A DNA stretch of 35,998 bases from Bacillota bacterium (GTDB lineage: Bacteria > Bacillota > UBA994): the NCBI GenBank assembly GCA_018725535.1, contig QLUS01000003.1:1-35998 (forward strand), in the 5' to 3' direction. Of this stretch, positions 17,725-27,416 are shown piece by piece. The position numbers and the translations under genes are program-made. Position 1 is the stretch's first letter. Each line of letters begins with the position of its first letter. Under the pieces are notes generated by a model. It was given only the letters and a program-made list of their open reading frames with translations. It searched no databases and had not been told where the DNA came from.

Positions 17725-18834
17725 ATGAGAGCCACCGCCAATCGGGATGACCTTATCTTTGCCGCCGGGGCGGCAGGTCGCACGTTAACGTCCAAGACCA
17801 GCTCCACTCCTCAAGGACTGCGCCTCACTGCCGAGGATGGATCACTCTGCTTGACCTCCATCGACAACGAAATGGCTATTACCTGTCGTATTCCGGCGCA
17901 AGTGATTGAACCCGGGGCGCTTGTCTTGCCTAGTAAGTTACTCGCGGAGGCCGTGCGTCGCTTTCCCGGCCTTGACGTAGACCTTGAGATACTCGAGGGC
18001 AGATACACGTTAACACTGCGCAGCGGCTTTTCGGAACTAGATCTCCTAGGCATGCCGGCGACAAACTTCTCTGAACTGCCGGAAATAGATAGCTTATCCA
18101 CCATATCTATTCCTGAACAAGCTTTGCGTTCCATGTTGCGCCAGACAAGCTTCGCTCTCTCCTCTGATGATATGCGCCCCATCCTAACAGGTATGTTATG
18201 GAGCTATTCACCCGGTAAGCTGCGCTTGGTCGCTGCCGACGGCTTTAAGGTGGCGTCACGCACAGAGAATGTAGATGCCGCGGGGGCACAGCCATTTCGC
18301 GTCGTAGTACCCGGCCGTACCGTTCACGAAATTGAGCGCTTGCTAGGCGACAACGATAATATGGTCGAGATAGCGATAGGGCGCAACCACATCCTTTTCC
18401 AAGTGCAGGATACAGTGATTATCTCAAGGTTACTTGAGGGCAATTACATCGATGTCGATCGCTTTCTCCCCACAACTTTTGTCACTTACCTCACGGTTAA
18501 ACCCAAGGCTCTCATTGACGCATTAGAGCGCAGTGCCGTAGTTGCAAAGGACGGTCTCATTGCTACGGTACGTTTGCATTTGCGCGATGGCAGACTCGTT
18601 GTGCGTGCGCAGTCAGCGGAGTATGGTAAGCACTTTGAAGAATGGCCGGTCGAGATGCGCGGCGAGGAAATGGATATACTGTTTAACATAAGAGTGTTAG
18701 GAGAGATTGTGAAATCCATAGATGAGGGAGACATCGAGCTGTCTTTTACCGGCCAACACGGGCCGTGTATCGGGCGAAGCACAACGCACCCAGACAATTA
18801 CTGGAGTCTGGTGATGCCAGTTAGGCTGTCCTAG
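17725..18834 (+). CDS. dnaN: DNA polymerase III beta sliding clamp
   Basis: 'RPILTG', 'VAADGFK', 'SRLLEGNY', 'LVMPVRL'. GGAGG precedes ATG 17725, and synteny fits. Confidence 0.95.
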   Translation: MRATANRDDLIFAAGAAGRTLTSKTSSTPQGLRLTAEDGSLCLTSIDNEMAITCRIPAQVIEPGALVLPSKLLAEAVRRFPGLDVDLEILEGRYTLTLRSGFSELDLLGMPATNFSELPEIDSLSTISIPEQALRSMLRQTSFALSSDDMRPILTGMLWSYSPGKLRLVAADGFKVASRTENVDAAGAQPFRVVVPGRTVHEIERLLGDNDNMVEIAIGRNHILFQVQDTVIISRLLEGNYIDVDRFLPTTFVTYLTVKPKALIDALERSAVVAKDGLIATVRLHLRDGRLVVRAQSAEYGKHFEEWPVEMRGEEMDILFNIRVLGEIVKSIDEGDIELSFTGQHGPCIGRSTTHPDNYWSLVMPVRLS

Positions 18835-19040
18835 TGAATCTCCCTCAGCCACCCTATATTACATTAGGGCAGTTTCTTAAGCAGCAGTCGCTTATCTCCA
18901 CGGGCGGAGAAGCCAAAGCCTTTCTACTGCAAAACTGCGTGCAAGTAAACGGGAAGGAAGAAAACCGACGCGGGAGGAAACTCTGGCTAAATGACAGCGT
19001 GACTATCAACAATACAGTCTATGGCGTCAATGATATATGA
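18834..19040 (+). CDS. yaaA: S4-domain RNA-binding protein YaaA
   Basis: 'YITLGQFLK...STGGEAKAFL...VNGKEENRRGRKL'. Lies between dnaN and recF. Confidence 0.92.
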   Translation: MNLPQPPYITLGQFLKQQSLISTGGEAKAFLLQNCVQVNGKEENRRGRKLWLNDSVTINNTVYGVNDI

Positions 19041-20143
19041 GAGTCGAGGAGCTTAGCCTTACCTCTTTCCGTAATTACTCACGGGAAAAGGTATCCTTTT
19101 CGCCTGGCCTTAACTACATTGTGGGCAAAAACGGCGAAGGAAAGACAAACTTGCTCGAAGCGCTCTTTATCCTCGCTACCACCAAATCCCATCGACAAGC
19201 TCTCGACAAGGACATGGTGAAAATAGGGGAAGGGCAGTTCCGCGTCTCGGCGCGCATTATCGCTTTAGGCGTAGACCGCAATCTAGATTTAGGGTACGAT
19301 GTGACTCTAAGAAAGAAAGTTGCGAATGTGTCTGGTTTCCCCGTTACTAAACTACAAGACTTTATCGGAATCTTTAATGTCGTAATGTTTTCTCCCGAGG
19401 ACCTAGCGCTAGTTAAGGGCACGCCTAGCGATCGGCGTAGATTCCTAGATATTTTACTATGCCAAGTAGACAAAGTTTATTTCCGCCTGCTGCAGCAGTA
19501 TACTCATGTGTCAAGGCAACGCAACGAGGCCCTTAAACTAATCGCACGGGGCGCGATGAAGCTGTTTGACTTAAAGCCTTGGGATCAGCAGTTTGCCGCC
19601 TTAGCACAGAGAATCACTCTCCGCCGTTTTCAGGCGACAGAAAGGCTCGCCGCAAGCTTTCTTAGTCTGACCGACGCGATTAACCGCGGTAAAGAAACTC
19701 TGAGTATCTCCTACTCAAGCTCCCTTCTGGCAGCTACAGCGAGCTTGGATGTTGACGGCGTCGCAAGAGAACTTGAGCGACATCAGAGAGAGGACTTAAA
19801 GCGCGGGACCAGTAGCATAGGACCGCATCGGGATGACCTTAAATTCCTCATCAACGGACTTCCGGCTGCGGCGTATGCGTCACAAGGGCAACAACGCACC
19901 GCCGTACTGGGGCTGAAGTTGGCTGAGCTAAAGTACATGCAAGAAGTGACCGGCGATTATCCAGTACTGCTCTTAGATGACGTGTTGTCAGAGTTAGACA
20001 GCAGCCGACGGCAAATGATCGTCCAAGTGCTGATGAGCGATGTTCAGGCCGTCATCACAGGCACAGACGAAGATGACCTTTCGCTGCAAGGCGTAAAGCC
20101 CGCTCTAGTACTGCGCGTTGAGCGCGGAAAGGTGGTATCCTGA
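19037..20143 (+). CDS. recF: DNA replication/repair protein RecF
   Basis: 'FRNY', 'GKNGEGKTNLLEA', 'GPHRDDL', 'SQGQQRT', 'LLLDDVLSELD'. Confidence 0.97.
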   Translation: MRVEELSLTSFRNYSREKVSFSPGLNYIVGKNGEGKTNLLEALFILATTKSHRQALDKDMVKIGEGQFRVSARIIALGVDRNLDLGYDVTLRKKVANVSGFPVTKLQDFIGIFNVVMFSPEDLALVKGTPSDRRRFLDILLCQVDKVYFRLLQQYTHVSRQRNEALKLIARGAMKLFDLKPWDQQFAALAQRITLRRFQATERLAASFLSLTDAINRGKETLSISYSSSLLAATASLDVDGVARELERHQREDLKRGTSSIGPHRDDLKFLINGLPAAAYASQGQQRTAVLGLKLAELKYMQEVTGDYPVLLLDDVLSELDSSRRQMIVQVLMSDVQAVITGTDEDDLSLQGVKPALVLRVERGKVVS

Positions 20144-20436
20144 TGTACCTATATATTGGGGGCAACGTGGTCCTGCCTTGCAGGCGTGTCATTGCCGTTT
20201 TTGATGCGCTTTCCACTGAGCAACAAGTGACACGGGAGTTCTTGCGCACCTACCGAGAGGAAGGATTTACCGTTTCGACCACGGAGGGTGGACCGGTTAA
20301 ATCGCTAGTGTTGACGCAAGAGAAGCTATATCTCTCTTCCATCGCCTGTGCCACTCTGCGCCGACGCTGGGGCTCTTTTCTGGCGGATGAACGTGAGAGA
20401 GTTTGCGTGATAGGCGAATTTGCGAGAACATTGTAA
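20143..20436 (+). CDS. remB: Extracellular matrix regulator RemB (DUF370 family)
   Basis: 'MYLYIGGNVV...VIAVFD...KSLVLT..KLYLSSI...TLRRR'. Lies between recF and gyrB. Confidence 0.85.
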   Translation: MYLYIGGNVVLPCRRVIAVFDALSTEQQVTREFLRTYREEGFTVSTTEGGPVKSLVLTQEKLYLSSIACATLRRRWGSFLADERERVCVIGEFARTL

Positions 20437-20456
20437 AGTCATGGAGCGGACGGTGA

Positions 20457-22367
<1,911 letters not shown>

Positions 22368-22385
22368 GCAAGGAGGCAGCTCCAC

Positions 22386-24824
22386 TTGGATATGAGACAC
22401 GGCAAAATAGAAGTCATCAACATTGAGGACGAAGTCAAGCGGTCGTACATTAACTACGCGATGAGTGTTATCGTTTCCCGCGCGTTGCCTGACGTGCGCG
22501 ACGGGCTGAAGCCTGCGCATCGCCGCATTCTTTATGCGATGCTAGAGATGGGGTTTACCCCTGATAAACCCTACAAGAAGAGTGCTCGCATTGTTGGCGA
22601 AGTGCTAGGCAAGTACCACCCGCATGGCGATGGTGTTATATACGACACAATGGTACGCCTAGTACAATATTTTTCCTCGCGTTATCCACTCATTGACGGA
22701 CATGGGAACTTCGGCTCTATGGACGGAGACAGTGCTGCGGCTATGCGGTACACTGAGGCTCGCTTAGCCCCTTTGGCCATGGAGCTTTTAGCTGACCTAG
22801 AAAAGAAGACGGTCGATGTCGGCCCTAACTTTGACGATACGCTCGAGCAACCGCTTGTACTGCCGGGGAGGTTCCCCAATCTTTTGGCCAATGGCACAGC
22901 AGGTATAGCGGTTGGTATGGCTTCGAATATTCCTCCCCACAACCTAGGCGAGCTGATTGATGCGGCACATGCGTTGATCGAAAACCCTAGTATTACCGTG
23001 CGGGAACTTATGGACCATGTGAAGGGGCCTGATTTCCCCACGGGCGGACTCATCTTAGGGCGCGAGGGATTTACAGAAGCCTATGAGACTGGGCGAGGCA
23101 CCATGCGCATTCGCGCTAAGACGCGCATCGAAAAAATGAGCAACGGCAAACACCGTATCATAGTAAGCGAAGTGCCCTACCAAGTAAACAAAGCCAAAAT
23201 GATCGAGCGCATCGCCGAACTAGTGCGGGATAAGCAAGTCGAAGGAATCACCGACCTCCGGGATGAAAGCGACCGCGATGGCATCCGTGTAGTTATCGAG
23301 CTTAAGCGTGAAAGCAATCCGCAGGTGATCCTTAACCTTCTCTACAAACATAGCCAAATGGAACAGTCGTTTAGCATGAATATGCTAGCTCTCGTTGCTG
23401 GGCAGCCGCGCACGCTAAACCTTAAACAGATGCTTGAGTACTACCTTGAGCACCAGCAAGATGTCTTTACGCGTCGCACCAAATTTGAGCTCTCTAAAGC
23501 CGAGGAGCGCGCGCATATTCTCGAGGGACTGCGCATTGCGCTAGACAATATCGACGCGATTATCGCCTTAATCCGTGCTTCGCGCACAGATGACGAAGCC
23601 AAACAAGACCTAATGCAGCGCTTCTCTTTTAGCGAAAAACAGGCTCAAGCCATCCTAGATATGCGACTGCGGCGCCTCACCGGCCTTGAGCGCGACAAAG
23701 TAGAAGACGAGTATAGAGAGGTTATTAAGACCATTGCGAGATTGAACGCTATCTTGAGTAACAACAAACTGCTTCTAGCTTTGATCAAAAAAGAAATTGG
23801 CGAGATCAAGGCGCAGCACGCCGATGCGCGGCGCACTGAGGTTGTAGCGAGTCGCGAGGAGTTTGTGGCCGAAGACCTTATCGCCGAAGAGGACGTAATT
23901 ATAACCCTTACTCACCAAGGGTCGATCAAGCGCTTGCCGCTGGACACCTATCGCAACCAGCGCCGTGGTGGACGTGGGGTTACCGGCATGGGCACGCGCG
24001 AAGAAGACTTTGTGGAGAGTCTGTTTATCACCACTACCCACCACTCCCTCTTCTTCTTTACGGACAAAGGGCGCGTCTATCGCCGCAAAGTGCACGAAAT
24101 TCCCGAGGCTAGCCGACAGGCTAAAGGGTTAGCAGTAATAAACCTGATCTCGCTCGAAGCAGATGAAAAGGTCAACGCCGTAATTCCCATCCGGAACGAT
24201 GTCGACGAAAATGCGTATCTATTTATGGCGACAAAGAGCGGTATGGTCAAAAAGACAAGCCTCACGGAATACGCTAATATACGCACGAATGGCCTCATTG
24301 GCATTTCCCTGCGCGAGGGGGATGCGCTGATTGGAGTACGTCTAACCGACGGAAACTCCGACGTAGTGCTTGGCACGCGGCTAGGCTTGTCCATTCGCTT
24401 TAACGAACAGGACGTTCGCCCAATGGGGCGTGCCACGCAAGGAGTAAAGGGCATAGACCTCGGCGATGGCGACACTTGTATTGCTATGGACATCGTCCGT
24501 GCCGGCGTCACTCTCCTCGCGATAACGGAGCATGGCTACGGCAAACGTACGGATATCAGCGAGTACCGCCAGCAGTCTAGAGGCGGGAAGGGAATCCAAA
24601 GTATTAAAGCTAGTGAGCGTAATGGACGTGTCGTTTGCTTGCGTGCGGTAAGTACAGAGGACGAACTTATGGTGATTAGCGAACAAGGTATTATCATCCG
24701 CATCGACATGAAGAGCATACCGGTGCTCGGACGTACAACCCAAGGAGTAAAGATCATCCGCCTCGACGAGGGCGACCAAGTAGTAGCTATCGCCCGCGTC
24801 GCGCCCAAGGAAACCACTGATTAG
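22386..24824 (+). CDS. gyrA: DNA gyrase subunit A
   Basis: '[12 protein letters not shown]', 'AAMRYTE', GyrA-box 'QRRGGRG', C-terminal pinwheel repeats. Confidence 0.98.
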   Translation: MDMRHGKIEVINIEDEVKRSYINYAMSVIVSRALPDVRDGLKPAHRRILYAMLEMGFTPDKPYKKSARIVGEVLGKYHPHGDGVIYDTMVRLVQYFSSRYPLIDGHGNFGSMDGDSAAAMRYTEARLAPLAMELLADLEKKTVDVGPNFDDTLEQPLVLPGRFPNLLANGTAGIAVGMASNIPPHNLGELIDAAHALIENPSITVRELMDHVKGPDFPTGGLILGREGFTEAYETGRGTMRIRAKTRIEKMSNGKHRIIVSEVPYQVNKAKMIERIAELVRDKQVEGITDLRDESDRDGIRVVIELKRESNPQVILNLLYKHSQMEQSFSMNMLALVAGQPRTLNLKQMLEYYLEHQQDVFTRRTKFELSKAEERAHILEGLRIALDNIDAIIALIRASRTDDEAKQDLMQRFSFSEKQAQAILDMRLRRLTGLERDKVEDEYREVIKTIARLNAILSNNKLLLALIKKEIGEIKAQHADARRTEVVASREEFVAEDLIAEEDVIITLTHQGSIKRLPLDTYRNQRRGGRGVTGMGTREEDFVESLFITTTHHSLFFFTDKGRVYRRKVHEIPEASRQAKGLAVINLISLEADEKVNAVIPIRNDVDENAYLFMATKSGMVKKTSLTEYANIRTNGLIGISLREGDALIGVRLTDGNSDVVLGTRLGLSIRFNEQDVRPMGRATQGVKGIDLGDGDTCIAMDIVRAGVTLLAITEHGYGKRTDISEYRQQSRGGKGIQSIKASERNGRVVCLRAVSTEDELMVISEQGIIIRIDMKSIPVLGRTTQGVKIIRLDEGDQVVAIARVAPKETTD

Positions 24825-24833
24825 GAGGCCTCT

Positions 24834-25100
24834 GTGAAACCAACCCTGAGATTCTTTATGCTGCCGATGTGTCCGCACTGCAAGAACGCCGTGCGCTGGA
24901 TGGACGAGCTGCGCGCCGAAAACCCCGCGTACGCGAGCATACCGGTTGTCACCATCAACGAACGCGAACAACCGGACCTAGCCAACCAATATGAGTATGA
25001 TTTAGTCCCGACCTACTATCTCGACAAGGTCAAACTCCATGAGGGCGTGGCCAGCAAAGAAAAGATACGGGCAGCGCTTGACCGCTACCTCGCCACCTAG
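24834..25100 (+). CDS. Glutaredoxin/thioredoxin-like protein
   Basis: CPHC motif, cis-Pro 'LVPT', AGGAGG RBS before the GTG start. Confidence 0.85.
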   Translation: MKPTLRFFMLPMCPHCKNAVRWMDELRAENPAYASIPVVTINEREQPDLANQYEYDLVPTYYLDKVKLHEGVASKEKIRAALDRYLAT

Positions 25101-25151
25101 ATTATTCCCCTCTGTAAGCGGCACTTCCACAAACTTCAGGTCACAGACAAA

Positions 25152-25192
25152 TCCCGACACCATTCGACAGCAAGTGTCGAAAATTATCGAAA
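25152..25192. promoter_or_regulatory. Cluster of Spo0A (0A)-box-like motifs upstream of the hypothetical secreted gene
   Basis: TTCGACA (25163-25169) and TGTCGAA (25175-25181) form an inverted pair, flanked by degenerate CCCGACA and TATCGAA. An extended -10 TGcTATAAC lies near 25230-25238. Confidence 0.5.
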
Positions 25193-25266
25193 GATTGTGC
25201 CTGTTTTTTCCCTTTCCACCAGTTACGCTTGCTATAACAGTCTGTTTAGACACGCACCGCGTTAAG

Positions 25267-25848
25267 ATGCGAAGCGCGTTTTAGCTGCTACTGATGCTCC
25301 TAGTAGTCAGCGCGGTTGTGACCCATGCCGTGGCGGCTAATCCCGGCTCAAGTGGACAAGCCCCCAGTCAAAGCAAGGCATCGCCCCAAGTGAGTAGCGA
25401 GGAGTTAGCGCGTTATGAAAAACAGGGCCATACCCCCTCAGATGTCTACACCGCTTTGAGCCTTCTGGAACAAACTGGTATCCCCATCGCCAAGTGGCTG
25501 GCTACCAGAAAGGCGGGTAAGACTTGGCCCGAGGCCATCGAGCAGTTAGCTAAGGGAGTTAAATTGGAGCGCAAGCCACTAGACCCAGAGAAATCGCGCA
25601 CGCTCACACAGCAGGAAATCCTTCAACTAATGCGTGAAGGCTACGCAGGCGAGGACATCAGAGAGGCCAGCAGCATCCTGTTTAACTACGGCGGAGACGT
25701 CAGACACTTACTGCGACTGAAGCAGAGCGGTCGCGCTTGGACAGACATTGGCCTAGGATTAAAGCCCTTGGGGAACGCGGGAGAACCGCGCAAACCGGGC
25801 GGAGCCTTGCAGATATTAAGGCCAGCCAAAACAGAGTCGTCGCAGTGA
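25267..25848 (+). pseudogene. Hypothetical exported protein with ~50-aa internal repeats, probably decayed
   Basis: ATG 25267 MRSAF-TAG(25282-84)-LLLMLLVVSAVVTHAVAA reads as one signal peptide broken by a stop. Two repeats are visible ('..G(H/Y)...D(V/I)..A..L....G.....L..(R/K)..G(K/R).W'). The C-terminus appears to shift frame near 25755. Confidence 0.5.
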
Positions 25849-25878
25849 GATTTGGGGACAGAGAGACCACACCTTCCG

Positions 25879-25907
25879 GAAGCAATAGGGACGGAGCCTT
25901 TTGCTTC
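25879..25907. repeat. REP-like extragenic hairpin with GGGACGG core
   Basis: GAAGCAA-tagggacggagcctt-TTGCTTC has perfect 7-bp arms and the same architecture as 4949-4980. Confidence 0.5.
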
Positions 25908-25913
25908 ACAAGT

Positions 25914-26038
25914 CGCTCTCCGCTTTCCGCCTTCCGCTTGTCAGAAGTCGCACTTCGCACTTTTATAGAAGCGGAAAGCTGCAAGCTGCAAGCGGAAAGC
26001 GGAAAGCCACTCCGTAGTTCACGATTCACGATTCCCTC
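25914..26038. repeat. Array of imperfect heptamer tandem repeats forming an inverted repeat
   Basis: CGCTCTC-CGCTTTC-CGCCTTC-CGCTTGT; TCGCACT x2; AAGCGGA-AAGCTGC-AAGCTGC-AAGCGGA-AAGCGGA-AAGCCAC; TTCACGA x2. Positions 25922-25940 pair with 25989-26007 at 18 of 19 bases. Confidence 0.8.
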
Positions 26039-26055
26039 GCGAAAGGCGGAATACT

Positions 26056-27348
26056 ATGGAACCGCAAAACAAAAATTCACGTCCCCAGCGTTTGAAGATT
26101 GGGGGATGCGATGCAGTTGAGCTCGCGGAAACGCATGGCACACCCCTGATTTGCTATGATGAGGATGTTATCCGGGACAATTGCAGGCGTTATATCGCGA
26201 GCTTTGCGCGCAACGACAATCGGGTGGCGTATGCCGGCAAGGCCTTTCTTTGTTTGGCCATGTGCCAAATCGTAGCGGAAGAAGGCCTGTACCTCGACGT
26301 CGTGTCGGGCGGCGAGCTCTACACCGCCCTGCAGGCGGGCTTCCCGGCAGAAAAGATCTACTTTCACGGCAACAACAAGTCCCTCGACGAATTAACCATG
26401 GCGGTTACGGCAAAAGTGGGCTGCATAGTCGTGGACAATGCCCATGAATACCAGAATCTAAAGGAAGTAGTGAAGGCTAAGGGCAGTGTGCGACCCGTGA
26501 GCATTCTCCTGCGTGTAGCGGCGGGTGTCGATGCCGCGACGCACCCTTATGTCATGACAGGGCACTTCGACTCTAAGTTTGGGTTAAGCTTAGGCAGCCA
26601 AGAGCTTAATAACTTGGTGGCTGATGCCCTAAACGAGCCTAGTCTTACGCTTATGGGCTTTCACAGTCACATTGGTTCACAGATTGCGGATTTAAGCTCC
26701 TTTGCGCAGGCAGTAGACGCGCTGTTTGCGGGCGTACGTCACTACTTAGCGCTCTACAAGTGGCTGCCGCTTGAACTAAACATGGGCGGAGGCCTTGCCG
26801 TGCCGTACACAGACCAGGACGAGCACGTTTCGCCAGAAGAACTGTGTGCCTTGCTACTTAATACGGCGCAAAGACACATGGATGACTTAAACTTCACCCC
26901 TCGCCTTACCGTTGAGCCCGGGCGTTCTATAGTTGGGCCCGCAGGCACTACACTTTACCGTGTGGGAGCCATCAAGCGTACACCCAATGGGCGTTGCTTC
27001 GTGAATGTGGACGGCGGTATGGCCGACAACCCCCGCGTAGCCCTGTATCAGGCGAAGTACACCTGCTCTGTGGCAGACCGCTTGGATCAGCCTAGGAGCT
27101 TTGTCTACACAGTGGCTGGCAAGACCTGTGAGAGCGGGGATATTCTGATCTGGGACTACCCTCTCCCCGAAATGCGAAGTGGCGATATCTTAGCCGTAAA
27201 CACGACGGGGGCTTACACCTACAGCATGGCCAGCAATTACAACCGTTTGCCCCGCCCGGCCGTAGTGCTCGCTAAGGAAGGCGAAGCAAAGCTGATTATT
27301 GCCCGCGAAACATACAGCGATCTAACGCGCCTAGACCGCCCCAAATAA
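26056..27348 (+). CDS. lysA: Diaminopimelate decarboxylase
   Basis: 'YAGKAF' (PLP lysine), 'DVVSGGEL', 'HGNNKS', 'SKFG', 'HSHIGSQI', 'EPGRSIVG', 'CESGD', 'GAYTYSMASNYNR'. Confidence 0.95.
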   Translation: MEPQNKNSRPQRLKIGGCDAVELAETHGTPLICYDEDVIRDNCRRYIASFARNDNRVAYAGKAFLCLAMCQIVAEEGLYLDVVSGGELYTALQAGFPAEKIYFHGNNKSLDELTMAVTAKVGCIVVDNAHEYQNLKEVVKAKGSVRPVSILLRVAAGVDAATHPYVMTGHFDSKFGLSLGSQELNNLVADALNEPSLTLMGFHSHIGSQIADLSSFAQAVDALFAGVRHYLALYKWLPLELNMGGGLAVPYTDQDEHVSPEELCALLLNTAQRHMDDLNFTPRLTVEPGRSIVGPAGTTLYRVGAIKRTPNGRCFVNVDGGMADNPRVALYQAKYTCSVADRLDQPRSFVYTVAGKTCESGDILIWDYPLPEMRSGDILAVNTTGAYTYSMASNYNRLPRPAVVLAKEGEAKLIIARETYSDLTRLDRPK

Positions 27349-27416
27349 ACCCGCGGCAAGTCTTGGCATTATGCACAAACTGTGTGACAATTGTTTGGTA
27401 AGAGAGGAGTGGGAAC

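Noticed and set aside
25282-25284. Pyrrolysine read-through of the in-frame TAG
   Set aside because: It lies in a signal-peptide h-region and no pyl genes are visible. A TTG/TGG-to-TAG nonsense mutation is simpler, given the other lesions.
25914-26038. CRISPR array
   Set aside because: The units are 7 nt, tandem, without unique spacers, and no cas genes are in the window.
25850-26055. Lysine riboswitch upstream of lysA
   Set aside because: No AGAGGNGC loop-E/P1 signature or kink-turn architecture was recognised. The region is made of a REP-like hairpin and heptamer repeats.
24825-26055. rRNA/tRNA operon after gyrA as in Bacillus
   Set aside because: No 16S, 23S or tRNA signature sequences are present. 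The interval holds a glutaredoxin-like gene and a decayed hypothetical gene.
27369-27377. DnaA-box-like TTATGCACA upstream of the Lon-like gene
   Set aside because: It is a single one-mismatch 9-mer and is expected by chance, so it is not enough to claim DnaA regulation.
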